Source: Candidatus Omnitrophota bacterium (GTDB lineage Bacteria; Omnitrophota; Omnitrophia; Omnitrophales; Aquincolibacteriaceae). From it: a stretch of 64,000 nt of DNA. Where the stretch lies: contig CAISGE010000043.1 in assembly GCA_903884815.1 (NCBI GenBank), forward strand, positions 701-64,700, in the 5' to 3' direction. Positions 8,771 to 17,000 of this stretch are shown one piece after another (the stretch's first letter is position 1; each line of letters starts with the position of its first letter). Below the pieces are notes generated by a model that did not search any database, was not told the DNA's origin, and was given only the letters and a program-made list of their open reading frames with translations. The translations under genes were made by a program, and so were the position numbers.

Positions 8771-10279
8771 ATGAAAGCTGTCATTTACGCAAGAGTTTCG
8801 TCAAAAGAACAGGAGCAGGAGGGCTATTCAATTCCGGCACAGCTTAAACTTCTCAAGGAGTATGCCGCAAAAAACAACTATCAGATTGTGAAGGAGTTCG
8901 TGGACATTGAAACCGCCAAAAAGGCTGGACGGGAAAATTTCAATACCATGATTCAGTTTGTAAAAGCTGATGTGAATATCAAGGCTGTTCTATGCGAAAA
9001 AACGGACAGGCTCTACAGAAACTTCAAAGACTATGTGACAGTCGATGAACTCGACTTAGAAATCCATCTCGTTAAAGAGTCAGAGGTTTTAAGCAAAAAC
9101 TCAAAATCGCATCAAAAGTTTATTCACGGGATAAAGGTATTGATGGCTAAAAACTACATCGACAACCTTGTTGAGGAAACTCGCAAAGGCATGCTTGAAA
9201 AAGCCGAGCGGGGCATATTCCCATCCGGGGCCTCCTTGGGGTATATCAATGCTGAGAAAAAGGCAGAGGGCAATACGATAAGGTATCTGGAGCTAGATAA
9301 GACCCGTGCGCCTGTCATAAATAAAATATTCAGACTCTATGCTACTGGCAAATACTCTATGGAAAAACTGGCGGAGATAGCTTTTGATGATGGCTTCAGA
9401 AATAAACGTGGTAGCAGAGTGAACAAATCGGTCATTGAGTTCATCCTGAAAAATCCCGTCTATTGCGGTGACTTTAGATGGAACAATCGTCTATATCAGG
9501 GAACACATGAAAAAATTGTGACAAAGGAACTCTTTGAGGCCGCACAAGCTCAGCTTAACGGGTCGAACAGACCTAAGCTCGTTAAGGGATTCGCTTATTC
9601 CGGGCTCCTTACTTGTGCAAAATGCGGATTCTCTATCACTGCCGAAATAAAGAAAGGGCGATACGTCTATTACCACTGCACTGAACGAGGCGGGCCTTGT
9701 GGCAATGCGTATGTCAGAGAAGAGGAATTAACCAAGCAGTTTGCCGAGATAGTAAAACAAATTCATATCGATGATGAGATATTGGAGTCCGTTAAAAAAG
9801 CTCTGCTAGAAAGTCATGAAGATGAACGCATGTACCATGCGCAAAAGGTCACGGCACTAAGCGTCCAAAAAGAACGTCTTGAGAATAGGATTCACCAAAT
9901 ATACATCGATAAACTGGATAAGAAAATTTCCAATGACAAATACGAAGCAATGACTTTTGAGTGGAACGAGGAATTAGGCAGAATGCAGAGAGAAATCGCT
10001 AAACACGAGAATGCTGATGCTAATTACCTTTCGCAGGGCGTTCACATTCTCGAACTTTGTAACCGTGCTTACGGTCTGTACTTACAGCAGGAGCCTCGTG
10101 AGGGTGCTAAAATACTGCATACCATACTATCGAACTGCAAGATGGATGGCGTAACTCTAATACCAGAAATGAGAAAGCCCTTTGACATTATCGCCAAAGG
10201 GCTCTCTCGTCTAGAATGGCTCCCCCGCCTGGGATCGAACCAGGGACACTGCGGTTACGGTCTGACTTCAGTTGCCTGA
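8771..10279 (+). CDS. Large serine recombinase (integrase)
   Basis: Catalytic YARVSS, DRLYRN, recombinase domain (LKNPVYCG), zinc ribbon CAKCG...YYHC, coiled coil; C-terminal WLPRLGSNQ read from tRNA antisense. Confidence 0.96.
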   Translation: MKAVIYARVSSKEQEQEGYSIPAQLKLLKEYAAKNNYQIVKEFVDIETAKKAGRENFNTMIQFVKADVNIKAVLCEKTDRLYRNFKDYVTVDELDLEIHLVKESEVLSKNSKSHQKFIHGIKVLMAKNYIDNLVEETRKGMLEKAERGIFPSGASLGYINAEKKAEGNTIRYLELDKTRAPVINKIFRLYATGKYSMEKLAEIAFDDGFRNKRGSRVNKSVIEFILKNPVYCGDFRWNNRLYQGTHEKIVTKELFEAAQAQLNGSNRPKLVKGFAYSGLLTCAKCGFSITAEIKKGRYVYYHCTERGGPCGNAYVREEELTKQFAEIVKQIHIDDEILESVKKALLESHEDERMYHAQKVTALSVQKERLENRIHQIYIDKLDKKISNDKYEAMTFEWNEELGRMQREIAKHENADANYLSQGVHILELCNRAYGLYLQQEPREGAKILHTILSNCKMDGVTLIPEMRKPFDIIAKGLSRLEWLPRLGSNQGHCGYGLTSVA

Positions 10280-10524
10280 AGAGTCGGACTTTCTCTTTGC
10301 CATATCCAAAATACTTGGACTTAGGCAGCAGGTGTAAAGTCTCTGCACTTGCCCTCCCGCCAAAGGCGGGATGCTAGCTCAGGATAGCCCCAACGCTTTT
10401 TGTTGGGATTTCCCTGACTTAGCCTGCTTATTCACCCTAAAGTTTCCCTTAGGGGCTGCTAACTTTGAGCGTGCTACGCTCACTCGTGCACAGCCGCATG
10501 CTCTACCAGCTGAGCTACAGGGGA
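10217..10524 (-). tRNA. trnN: tRNA-Asn(GUU), intron-containing; exons 10524-10490 (35 nt) and 10257-10217 (41 nt)
   Basis: Joined exons give a 76-nt cloverleaf: acceptor TCCCCTG/CGGGGGA, D-arm GCTC-AGCTGGTA-GAGC, anticodon arm TGCGG-CTGTTAA-CCGCA, T-arm CCTGG-TTCGATC-CCAGG, discriminator G and encoded CCA. Confidence 0.95.
10258..10489 (-). ncRNA. Group I self-splicing intron (232 nt, no ORF, IC-like) at tRNA position 35/36
   Basis: 5' exon ends in U and intron ends in G; P1 GGCUGU/GCAGCC with U.G wobble; P10 GUUA/UAAC; P2 with GAAA loop; P3 AGCAGG/CCUGCU; P4 UCAGGG/UCCUGA; R element CAGAGACUUU; S element AAGAGAAAGUCC; P9 CUUCAG-GCAA-CUGAAG. Confidence 0.92.
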
Positions 10525-10548
10525 ATAACATTTGAAAGAACGATGCTA

Positions 10549-10788
10549 CTAAAACCATTTTAAGAACTTCCTGCCTGCACCCGTTTTTAAATACTTCTCA
10601 CGAAGCAGCGCTTCTTTCCTAGAACGGTAATCCTCGGAACACAAGAGCGTGAAAGGACCGTTACTTCTTGTCCAAGCGTTCTTTCCTTCGTTGTGTTCTG
10701 CCAAACGAGTCTGAACTGATTTCCGGGTAAATCCGACATAGGACTTACCGTTCTTCAAACTCTTCAAAACATAAACATGATATATCAT
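10549..10788 (-). CDS. Stand-alone GIY-YIG nuclease family protein
   Basis: HVYVLKS...SYVGFT...RLAEHN...EALLREKYLK, retaining the conserved Tyr, Arg, His and Glu. Confidence 0.9.
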   Translation of the reverse strand: MIYHVYVLKSLKNGKSYVGFTRKSVQTRLAEHNEGKNAWTRSNGPFTLLCSEDYRSRKEALLREKYLKTGAGRKFLKWF

Positions 10789-10799
10789 AAAAAATCAAT

Positions 10800-10890
10800 T
10801 GAGCTTCCGCCTTGAATTGAAAAACAATTCAAGGACGGATCCGTCCTCGCCTCAAGCGAGGCGGAACAGGGGAATAACTTTTGAAAGAAC
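10800..10890 (-). repeat. Duplicate of the tRNA-Asn leader and 5' end, interrupted by a 60-bp double-hairpin insertion
   Basis: TGAGCT (10800-10805) plus ACAGGGGAATAACTTTTGAAAGAAC (10866-10890) matches 10511-10541 with one mismatch; insert at 10806-10865 is bounded by TCCGCC...GGCGGA. Confidence 0.85.
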
Positions 10891-10961
10891 AAATACGAAT
10901 CCAAGCAAAAAACGTCAAGACTTATCGATTACGGCTCAGCGCTTATCCCTTGGAGGCGTCA

Positions 10962-10989
10962 ATTATAAAGATTGCGGCCCCTGGGTCAA
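10962..10989 (-). promoter_or_regulatory. Sigma70-type promoter driving the GIY-YIG gene and tRNA-Asn
   Basis: TTGACC-N16-TATAAT on the minus strand. Confidence 0.65.
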
Positions 10990-11080
10990 TGAGTGTTTTT
11001 GCCAAGTTTTTAGGTTTGCTTTGAAGTCCATAGGTGCTATATTTTCACTGAGTCCGGCACCCAAACGAAAGGCAGTTCCC

Positions 11081-11437
11081 ATGACTTCAAAATCAGTTGT
11101 GCTGCTCTTAAGTCTCATCGCGATACTGGGGTTTTCCCCTTCGCGCGCGGTTTTCGCCGAAGACGATACCCTGGTGATGGAGTCCTTTCAAACAGTATCA
11201 GGCAGTGTAACGGAGGTGGATACGGATCACAAGCGGATCACGTTCCGATGGATGGCCGATGACCTCCGATTGCAATACCAGGATGTTGTGCTGGACGTCC
11301 CGGACACATGCGTGATCACCAAGAATTCGGAGACGATCGAGTTGACTGACCTTGAGTCGGGAGATTCCGGCACCGTGCGCTTCGATGAGAATGCCCAGCC
11401 CCTTCCAAAGGCAAGCTCCATCACGATCACAGAATAG
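11081..11437 (+). CDS. Exported hypothetical protein (small beta-barrel/OB-like)
   Basis: Start [10 protein letters not shown] gives a signal peptide ending VFA; GSVTEVD...L..GD...V pattern. Confidence 0.75.
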   Translation: MTSKSVVLLLSLIAILGFSPSRAVFAEDDTLVMESFQTVSGSVTEVDTDHKRITFRWMADDLRLQYQDVVLDVPDTCVITKNSETIELTDLESGDSGTVRFDENAQPLPKASSITITE

Positions 11438-11487
11438 TTTTTAAGCATCGCCTTTTCATCTCAAAAAAAATCTCAGGAGAAAAATTC

Positions 11488-12237
11488 ATGTATAAACTCG
11501 TTTTGATACGCCACGGAGAAAGCATCTGGAATAAAGAGAACCGGTTCACCGGCTGGTATGACGTGGACCTCTCGGAAAAAGGCCTCGGGGAAGCCAAAGA
11601 CGGCGGGCAGCTTCTCAAGAAAGAAGGCTATGAATTTGACATTGCGTTCACCTCGGTGCTCAAGCGCGCGATCCGCACGCTCTGGATCGTGCTCGATCAG
11701 ATGGACCTCATGTGGATCCCGGTCATCCGCGACTGGCGCTTGAACGAACGCCATTACGGCTCCCTCCAGGGTCTCAATAAGTCCGAGACCGCGGCCAAAT
11801 ACGGCGACGAGCAGGTCAAGATCTGGCGCCGGAGCTATGACGTTCCGCCGCCGGCCCTTGAGGAAAGCGATCCCCGCAATCCGGCCAAGGACCCGCGCTA
11901 CAAGAGTTTCCGGAAAAGCGATCTGCCGCTTACGGAATGCCTCAAAGACACCGTCGCGCGCGTCCTTCCCTTCTGGCATGACGTTGTCTCCCCGATGATC
12001 CGGAACGGAAAAAAAGTCCTGATCACCGCCCATGGCAACAGCCTCCGGGCGCTTGTGAAGTATCTGGACAATATTTCCGAAGAAGAGATCCTCGGCATGA
12101 ACATCCCGACCGGCATCCCGCTCGTCTATGAGTTGGATAAAGACCTCAAGCCGATCCGGCATTACTACCTGGGCGATCCCGAAAAGATCAAAGCCGCGAT
12201 GGACGCCGTCGCCAATCAGGGCAAGGCGAAGAAATAA
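11488..12237 (+). CDS. gpmA: 2,3-bisphosphoglycerate-dependent phosphoglycerate mutase
   Basis: [38 protein letters not shown]. Confidence 0.97.
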   Translation: MYKLVLIRHGESIWNKENRFTGWYDVDLSEKGLGEAKDGGQLLKKEGYEFDIAFTSVLKRAIRTLWIVLDQMDLMWIPVIRDWRLNERHYGSLQGLNKSETAAKYGDEQVKIWRRSYDVPPPALEESDPRNPAKDPRYKSFRKSDLPLTECLKDTVARVLPFWHDVVSPMIRNGKKVLITAHGNSLRALVKYLDNISEEEILGMNIPTGIPLVYELDKDLKPIRHYYLGDPEKIKAAMDAVANQGKAKK

Positions 12238-12255
12238 TCCCCTCGGGGATAAGAC

Positions 12256-12349
12256 GTCATTCTGACCTCGCGCTTTCTTGCGAAAGCAAGAGCGTGGGAA
12301 GAATCCCGAGTTGAGATCCTTCTCCCGCCGTTGGCGGGATCAGGATGAC
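12256..12349. repeat. REP-like palindromic element (GTCATTCTGA...TCAGGATGAC)
   Basis: Terminal inverted repeat, inner GAAGAATC/GATCCTTC pair, and nested hairpins including TCCCGCC-GTT-GGCGGGA. Confidence 0.75.
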
Positions 12350-12351
12350 AC

Positions 12352-12393
12352 AAAAAAAAGGCCTGTTCCCTTTCGAGGGAGCAGGCCTTTTTT
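12352..12393. terminator. Bidirectional rho-independent terminator
   Basis: A8-GGCCTGTTCCCT-TTCG-AGGGAGCAGGCC-T6 between convergent genes. Confidence 0.85.
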
Positions 12394-12413
12394 ATTAGTT
12401 AAAACCTTCTCGC

Positions 12414-13202
12414 TTACTTGACCGAAATGAACCGTCGCCGGCTCGTCTCGCAAATCGGACAAACTTGGGACTTCATATTCTCCATCACATTACCGCAGAC
12501 CGGGCAGACAAAGAAATCCTTGTTCTTCCCCTTCCAAGCGTTCAGATCGCCAAGCGCCTTTTTGTAGAGGCCGGCGTGAACGGCTTCGGCCCTCCCCGCG
12601 TCCTCGAAAATATCAACGGCTTCTTTATTATTGTCTTTTTTCGCCTTGGCCAGGAATTCCGGGTACATGACCGTGCTTTCGTAGACTTCACCCTTCATCG
12701 CGGCCTCAAGATTCTCCGCGGTGGTTTTCGCGACAGAGGCTTCGATCGTCGCCGCGGGAACCGCCCCGAGGGACTTGATGATCTTGGCATGCCGTTCAAA
12801 ATGGACCTGCTCGGCGCGGGCGGCAGCCCTGAAAAGGCTCGCGACTTTCCCGTAACCTTCTTCATCCGCCTTCTTGGCGAACACCAGGTATCTGGCATTC
12901 GCATTGCTTTCGCCGTTGAACGCGGCCTGAAGATTCTCGAGCGTGGTCTTTTCAATGGGCACCGGAGGAACCGTTGCGACTCCGGAAACAACGGCTGGGG
13001 CAGGCGCAATGACCTCAACGGCAGCGGCCGGACTCCCCGGAACAACGACGATATTCGTCCCCGGGACCGGAGAAGCGGCGGGCGCCTCCACGGCAACCGC
13101 CTTCACGGCTTCCGTGGTTTTAGCTTCTTCGGCATAGGCGCAGAACGCCACGGCGAGAGAAAAGAAAACCGACACGATAAGGATCTTACGCAGATGCTTC
13201 AT
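12414..13202 (-). CDS. Rubrerythrin family protein with signal peptide and Ala/Pro/Val linker
   Basis: TLENLQAAFNGES, EQVH and EAVH di-iron motifs, C-terminal CPVCG...CPIC; N-terminal signal peptide ending AYA. Confidence 0.9.
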   Translation of the reverse strand: MKHLRKILIVSVFFSLAVAFCAYAEEAKTTEAVKAVAVEAPAASPVPGTNIVVVPGSPAAAVEVIAPAPAVVSGVATVPPVPIEKTTLENLQAAFNGESNANARYLVFAKKADEEGYGKVASLFRAAARAEQVHFERHAKIIKSLGAVPAATIEASVAKTTAENLEAAMKGEVYESTVMYPEFLAKAKKDNNKEAVDIFEDAGRAEAVHAGLYKKALGDLNAWKGKNKDFFVCPVCGNVMENMKSQVCPICETSRRRFISVK

Positions 13203-13262
13203 CTTGGATCTCCTTGTGGATGGGTTGGGATACAGACCATGGATTTCAAGGACACTAATCTA

Positions 13263-14411
13263 TCACAAAAGCGGCGTTTTTGAAGACGTGTCTTTTTCCA
13301 AGAGAAATGCGAAAACATCGTCCGAAAGAAGCTGTCCTCGAAGCGTGAAACGCGTGTGTTCCCCCGCCTCTTCAAGGAGCCCCTCGTACCGGAGCGCCGC
13401 CAGCCGTTTTCCAATCCGCGGGTAAATAAGAGGGAATTTTTGAGGGATGACCCCCTCCCGCAGCCGGAGTCCCGTCACAAAGGTTTCGGTCTCTTTTTCT
13501 TCCTTTGTAAGGACATCCTCGATATCGCTCTTCCAGTCCCCGTTTTCGCATTTTTCAAGATAGCGCTCAAGATCCGGCGCGAATTGCGAGCGGATCCCGT
13601 TCAGGTACGTAAAGGCACTCGGCCCGAACCCAAGATATTCCTGATTATGCCAATAGGTCAGATTGTGGCGGGAGGCCAGGCCGGGCTTGGCGAAATTGAC
13701 CACTTCATAATGTTCGTAATCGGCCCCGGTCAGGATCTCGATCGCGCTTTCATACATCCTCGCGTGTTCTTCTTCTCCGGAAAGGTCGAGCTTATTCTCC
13801 TTTGCGAGCCTGCCAAACAGGGTTTCCTCGTGAACCTCCAGATCATAAAGCGATACTTGCGCCGCCTCAAGCGCGACACATCGTCGAAGCGAATCGCGGA
13901 AGTCCTCCAGCGTCTGGCCGGGCACACGAAGCATGAGATCGAAACTGAGATTCGTGATACCGGCCTTCCGGAGATTCAGGGCGGTCTGTTCAATCTCTCT
14001 TGCCGTATGCCGGCGACCCAATTTTTTGAGGATCTCATCCTGGAACGCCTGACAACCGAGGCTGACGCGATTCACGCCAAGCGCCCGAAGAGTCTCGATC
14101 TTGCCCGCGTCGCCATCCCCCGGATTCATTTCGCAGGTAAATTCATATCCGGGTTTCAATTCAAAAGCTCCCTGGATTCCGGACACCAACCTTTCCAGCT
14201 CCGGAATGCTCAGACAAGAGGGCGTGCCCCCTCCTAGATAGAGCGTGTCGAAGGAAAGCCTGCCATGACGCGCCCGAGCCTGATCTATTTCGTGACTCAG
14301 CGCTTTCTGAAATCGTTCACCGAGGTCCGGCGCATGTTCGGCCGTGGTCACAAAATTACAATAGTGGCAACGGGTTTCGCAAAAGGGAATGTGGACGTAG
14401 AAGCCGCGCAT
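13263..14411 (-). CDS. hemW: Radical SAM heme chaperone HemW (HemN-like)
   Basis: YVHIPFCETRCHYCNF, GGGTPS, YEVVNFA, HNLTYW; start taken at MRGFY. Confidence 0.9.
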   Translation of the reverse strand: MRGFYVHIPFCETRCHYCNFVTTAEHAPDLGERFQKALSHEIDQARARHGRLSFDTLYLGGGTPSCLSIPELERLVSGIQGAFELKPGYEFTCEMNPGDGDAGKIETLRALGVNRVSLGCQAFQDEILKKLGRRHTAREIEQTALNLRKAGITNLSFDLMLRVPGQTLEDFRDSLRRCVALEAAQVSLYDLEVHEETLFGRLAKENKLDLSGEEEHARMYESAIEILTGADYEHYEVVNFAKPGLASRHNLTYWHNQEYLGFGPSAFTYLNGIRSQFAPDLERYLEKCENGDWKSDIEDVLTKEEKETETFVTGLRLREGVIPQKFPLIYPRIGKRLAALRYEGLLEEAGEHTRFTLRGQLLSDDVFAFLLEKDTSSKTPLL

Positions 14412-14454
14412 AGCTGATTTATAATCATTTCTCTCCCGCAGAGCAAGCGGCATT

Positions 14455-14530
14455 GTAAGGAGTACGGCGGAAGGCGTACGACGGTTAAACCGCTCGTCCT
14501 GCGCCGTACACCGTACGCTGTACTCCTTAC
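14455..14530. repeat. Heptamer-periodic inverted repeat, GTACGGN class
   Basis: GTAAGGAGTAC...GTACTCCTTAC ends with 7-nt units in each arm. Confidence 0.8.
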
Positions 14531-14548
14531 CACAAAGCTGGCCAGCCC

Positions 14549-16090
14549 TCAGGAGGACTTACGCGTCAACCTTAAAATCTCTTCTTCTTCATTCTCGGGA
14601 TTCTCGGCGATCAGTTTCCGGATATGTTTTTCTTGTTCCTCGTCAAGCTCCCGGAGAGGCTTCCCGATGTGTTTTTCCAGAAGGGCGATGTCCTTCGGCG
14701 CGTCATAATCCTTGCCCGTCTTCATCAGCTCCCGGAGATAGCTCCGGAACTCCGCCGGATATTCGTCCATCAAGAAGTGCACCAGTCCCCAGCTCTGGGC
14801 ATAGCCTAAAAGCGTGTAACTCGGGTCCTGGAGTTTGCGGATCCCTGCGCCGTTCTTGATACTCAGCAGATACTGCAGCGGCATCAGGCTGTGCCCCGCC
14901 TGGAATTCTTCCTTCAGAGACGTCAGTCTTTCTTTATTGATCCCCCCGATGGGATCCGTCGAAACATATTCGGCAAGCCCCTCGGAGAGCCAAGCCCCCC
15001 GGTAAACGCTCCCGGAATCGATCCCGAGCAGATCAAAGAGCTGGTGCCCTCCCTCATGCCGGATGGTCTCCATCGTGCGCTCGCGCGCCCAGCTTTCAAC
15101 CCGTATACGGTCCGCTTCGATCTTGAGCTGGACCTTCTCTACTGCGTCGTAGAAGGCCCATTTCCCGGAAGAGGCGCCGCCGACATAAAGCTCCGCTTTG
15201 GTTTTGGCATCCCCGATCTTTTTTTCAAAATACTCGGCACGACCGATGAAAAAACGGATCATGTCGACCTCTTTGACGTTGTAGAGTACGAGGAATTTTT
15301 TGTCAGGCATGTAGAACCCCGCCATATTGGTCCCTTTGGGAAGACCCGCGAATTTCAAGAAGTCATCATAGGAGCCGAAGATCAGGACGCCGAGCGCGGG
15401 CGCCGGCTTTTCCGTATCGATCAGATCCAGGAACTTCATTGAAAATTCGGCGCAGAAATTCCGGAGCGTTTTCAGGTAAAAAACAAGGTCGGATGAATCG
15501 ACCGTCGAAATAATGTAGTAGGGCGGTTCCTTAAGAGAGTACTTGAAATTCAGGCTGCGAAGCTCTTTAAAGTCTTTGTCCAGGAGATCGTCCGGAGGAG
15601 GCGGCCAAAGCTCGATCTTTTCCACCTTGTCCGCGGCAAACCCGAAGGAAATGCTGCCTCCTCCGTCGACGGCCTGCTTGAGATAAAAGGTTCCTCCGTC
15701 TGCCGAGATCTTATTTCCCGAAGCGATGCGCCCGTCCTTAAGGTAGATCCTCGGATAAGGCGCTTCTTTTTCCGAAGGAGCGTAAGCGGGTTGGATGCCG
15801 TCGGCGGTCTTGACCAGCGTTTCACCGCGACGCACCTCGGCTACGTCATTTGTGGGAAATCCGATCTCGCCGCCTTTAATGCGGATCGTCACGCGGCCCG
15901 CGCTCTCATCAACGATGACACCCTGGATCATACTGCCGTTCTTCAGGATCAAGGTGTCTTTGGCATCTGTCGCCGCGACCTTTTCCGGCGCTTTTTTCAA
16001 CGGCGCGGTCTTTCCCTTGCAGGAGATCGCGAGGGGTAAAAAACAGAGCAGGAAAACAATAGGATAAATTTTTATTTTTAATGCCGTCAC
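14549..16090 (-). CDS. Lipoprotein with gluzincin/peptidase MA (DUF1570-like) domain
   Basis: Lipobox-like AISC; D.L.LKNG..I.G.I N-terminal beta domain; HEGGH followed by WLSEGLAEY and YAQSW. Confidence 0.8.
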   Translation of the reverse strand: MTALKIKIYPIVFLLCFLPLAISCKGKTAPLKKAPEKVAATDAKDTLILKNGSMIQGVIVDESAGRVTIRIKGGEIGFPTNDVAEVRRGETLVKTADGIQPAYAPSEKEAPYPRIYLKDGRIASGNKISADGGTFYLKQAVDGGGSISFGFAADKVEKIELWPPPPDDLLDKDFKELRSLNFKYSLKEPPYYIISTVDSSDLVFYLKTLRNFCAEFSMKFLDLIDTEKPAPALGVLIFGSYDDFLKFAGLPKGTNMAGFYMPDKKFLVLYNVKEVDMIRFFIGRAEYFEKKIGDAKTKAELYVGGASSGKWAFYDAVEKVQLKIEADRIRVESWARERTMETIRHEGGHQLFDLLGIDSGSVYRGAWLSEGLAEYVSTDPIGGINKERLTSLKEEFQAGHSLMPLQYLLSIKNGAGIRKLQDPSYTLLGYAQSWGLVHFLMDEYPAEFRSYLRELMKTGKDYDAPKDIALLEKHIGKPLRELDEEQEKHIRKLIAENPENEEEEILRLTRKSS

Positions 16091-16236
16091 AAAACCTCCG
16101 TGCAGTCGTTGTTCACCAGCCGCCCTGAGATTCCACTCAGAGTACCGGCCGCATTTGACAAAAGGGGATGTGGGTGTAGAAACCGCATTCCATGTCGAAG
16201 GTTATAAACAATCCGTTGTACCGTGGCAAGCCTTTC

Positions 16237-16304
16237 GTAAGGCGTACGGTGTACGGGGTACGGCGAAAACTTTTTCCTCCGTACTCAGAACGCCGTACGC
16301 CTTA
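16237..16304. repeat. Heptamer-periodic inverted repeat, GTACGGN class
   Basis: TAAGGCGTACGG TGTACGG GGTACGG...CCGTACGCCTTA. Confidence 0.8.
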
Positions 16305-16364
16305 TCGCAAAACTGGCATTCTTCTTGCTACGTGCGTTATAATCTCACAAACCATGAGGCACAA

Positions 16365-16835
16365 ATGATCATCATCTCCGATGCTTTGCTTAACATTCTG
16401 GAAAAGCGGGAATTCGTCTCGATCGCCACGGTTTCCCCGGGCGGCCAACCGAACTCCGTCCCGAAATTCTTTTTTCGCGCCAAAGGCTCGTTCCTTTACC
16501 TGATCGATCATGTCATGGGAAGGACCGTCGAGAATCTCCGAACCAATCCCCTTTGCTCGATCTCTTTCATGGACCTGAACACCCTCGAAGGCTATCGCTT
16601 CAACGGAAAAGCCCGGCTGATCTCGGGCGGAAAAAGCTTCGACGCGATCCTGAAGGAATGGAAGAATCGCCTGATCAAGCTCTCCACGGACCGCGTCATC
16701 GCGGCCGTCACGACAGGCAGGAAAAGCGGTCACTACGAACTGGAGATTTCCGAAAGATTCGTCGTCCTCAAGATCAAAGTAGAGACCATCATCAAGATCG
16801 GCCGTAAAGGGGACGTCTGGCAAGAGACCTCCTGA
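16365..16835 (+). CDS. Pyridoxamine 5'-phosphate oxidase-like FMN-binding protein
   Basis: SIATVSPGGQPNSVPK...RTVENLRTNP...GYRFNGKA; start at MIIIS after GAGG. Confidence 0.85.
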   Translation: MIIISDALLNILEKREFVSIATVSPGGQPNSVPKFFFRAKGSFLYLIDHVMGRTVENLRTNPLCSISFMDLNTLEGYRFNGKARLISGGKSFDAILKEWKNRLIKLSTDRVIAAVTTGRKSGHYELEISERFVVLKIKVETIIKIGRKGDVWQETS

Positions 16836-17000
16836 TTTTTTTGCCTTTTCCTGCTATAATGATCTCCGTTTCGTGCCCCTCCCGCCGATGAAGCGATCTC
16901 GAAAGATCCTCTCGTAAGCGGCTCCAAGGTTTCCCCAGACGAAACCCCTTTTGACATCGCGACGTGTCTTTTACCCTATTTTTTTAAAGGAGGCCTTTTC

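Larger units (their letters stand above)
1..10257. mobile_element. Integrative element (serine-recombinase type) inserted at the 3' end of tRNA-Asn; left boundary lies outside the window
   Basis: Visibly AT-richer than the rest of the window; type I RM cargo, XRE regulator and small hypothetical ORFs; terminal large serine recombinase whose ORF overlaps the tRNA 3' half. Confidence 0.8.

Noticed and set aside
10799-11080. N-terminal extension of the 212-aa ORF
   Set aside because: It runs through the tRNA duplicate, hairpins and promoter; ATG 11081 gives a clean signal peptide
16885-16905. Hammerhead-like CCGATGA...CGAAA strings here and near 23408-23425
   Set aside because: The core deviates from CUGAnGA and stems I-III cannot be formed convincingly
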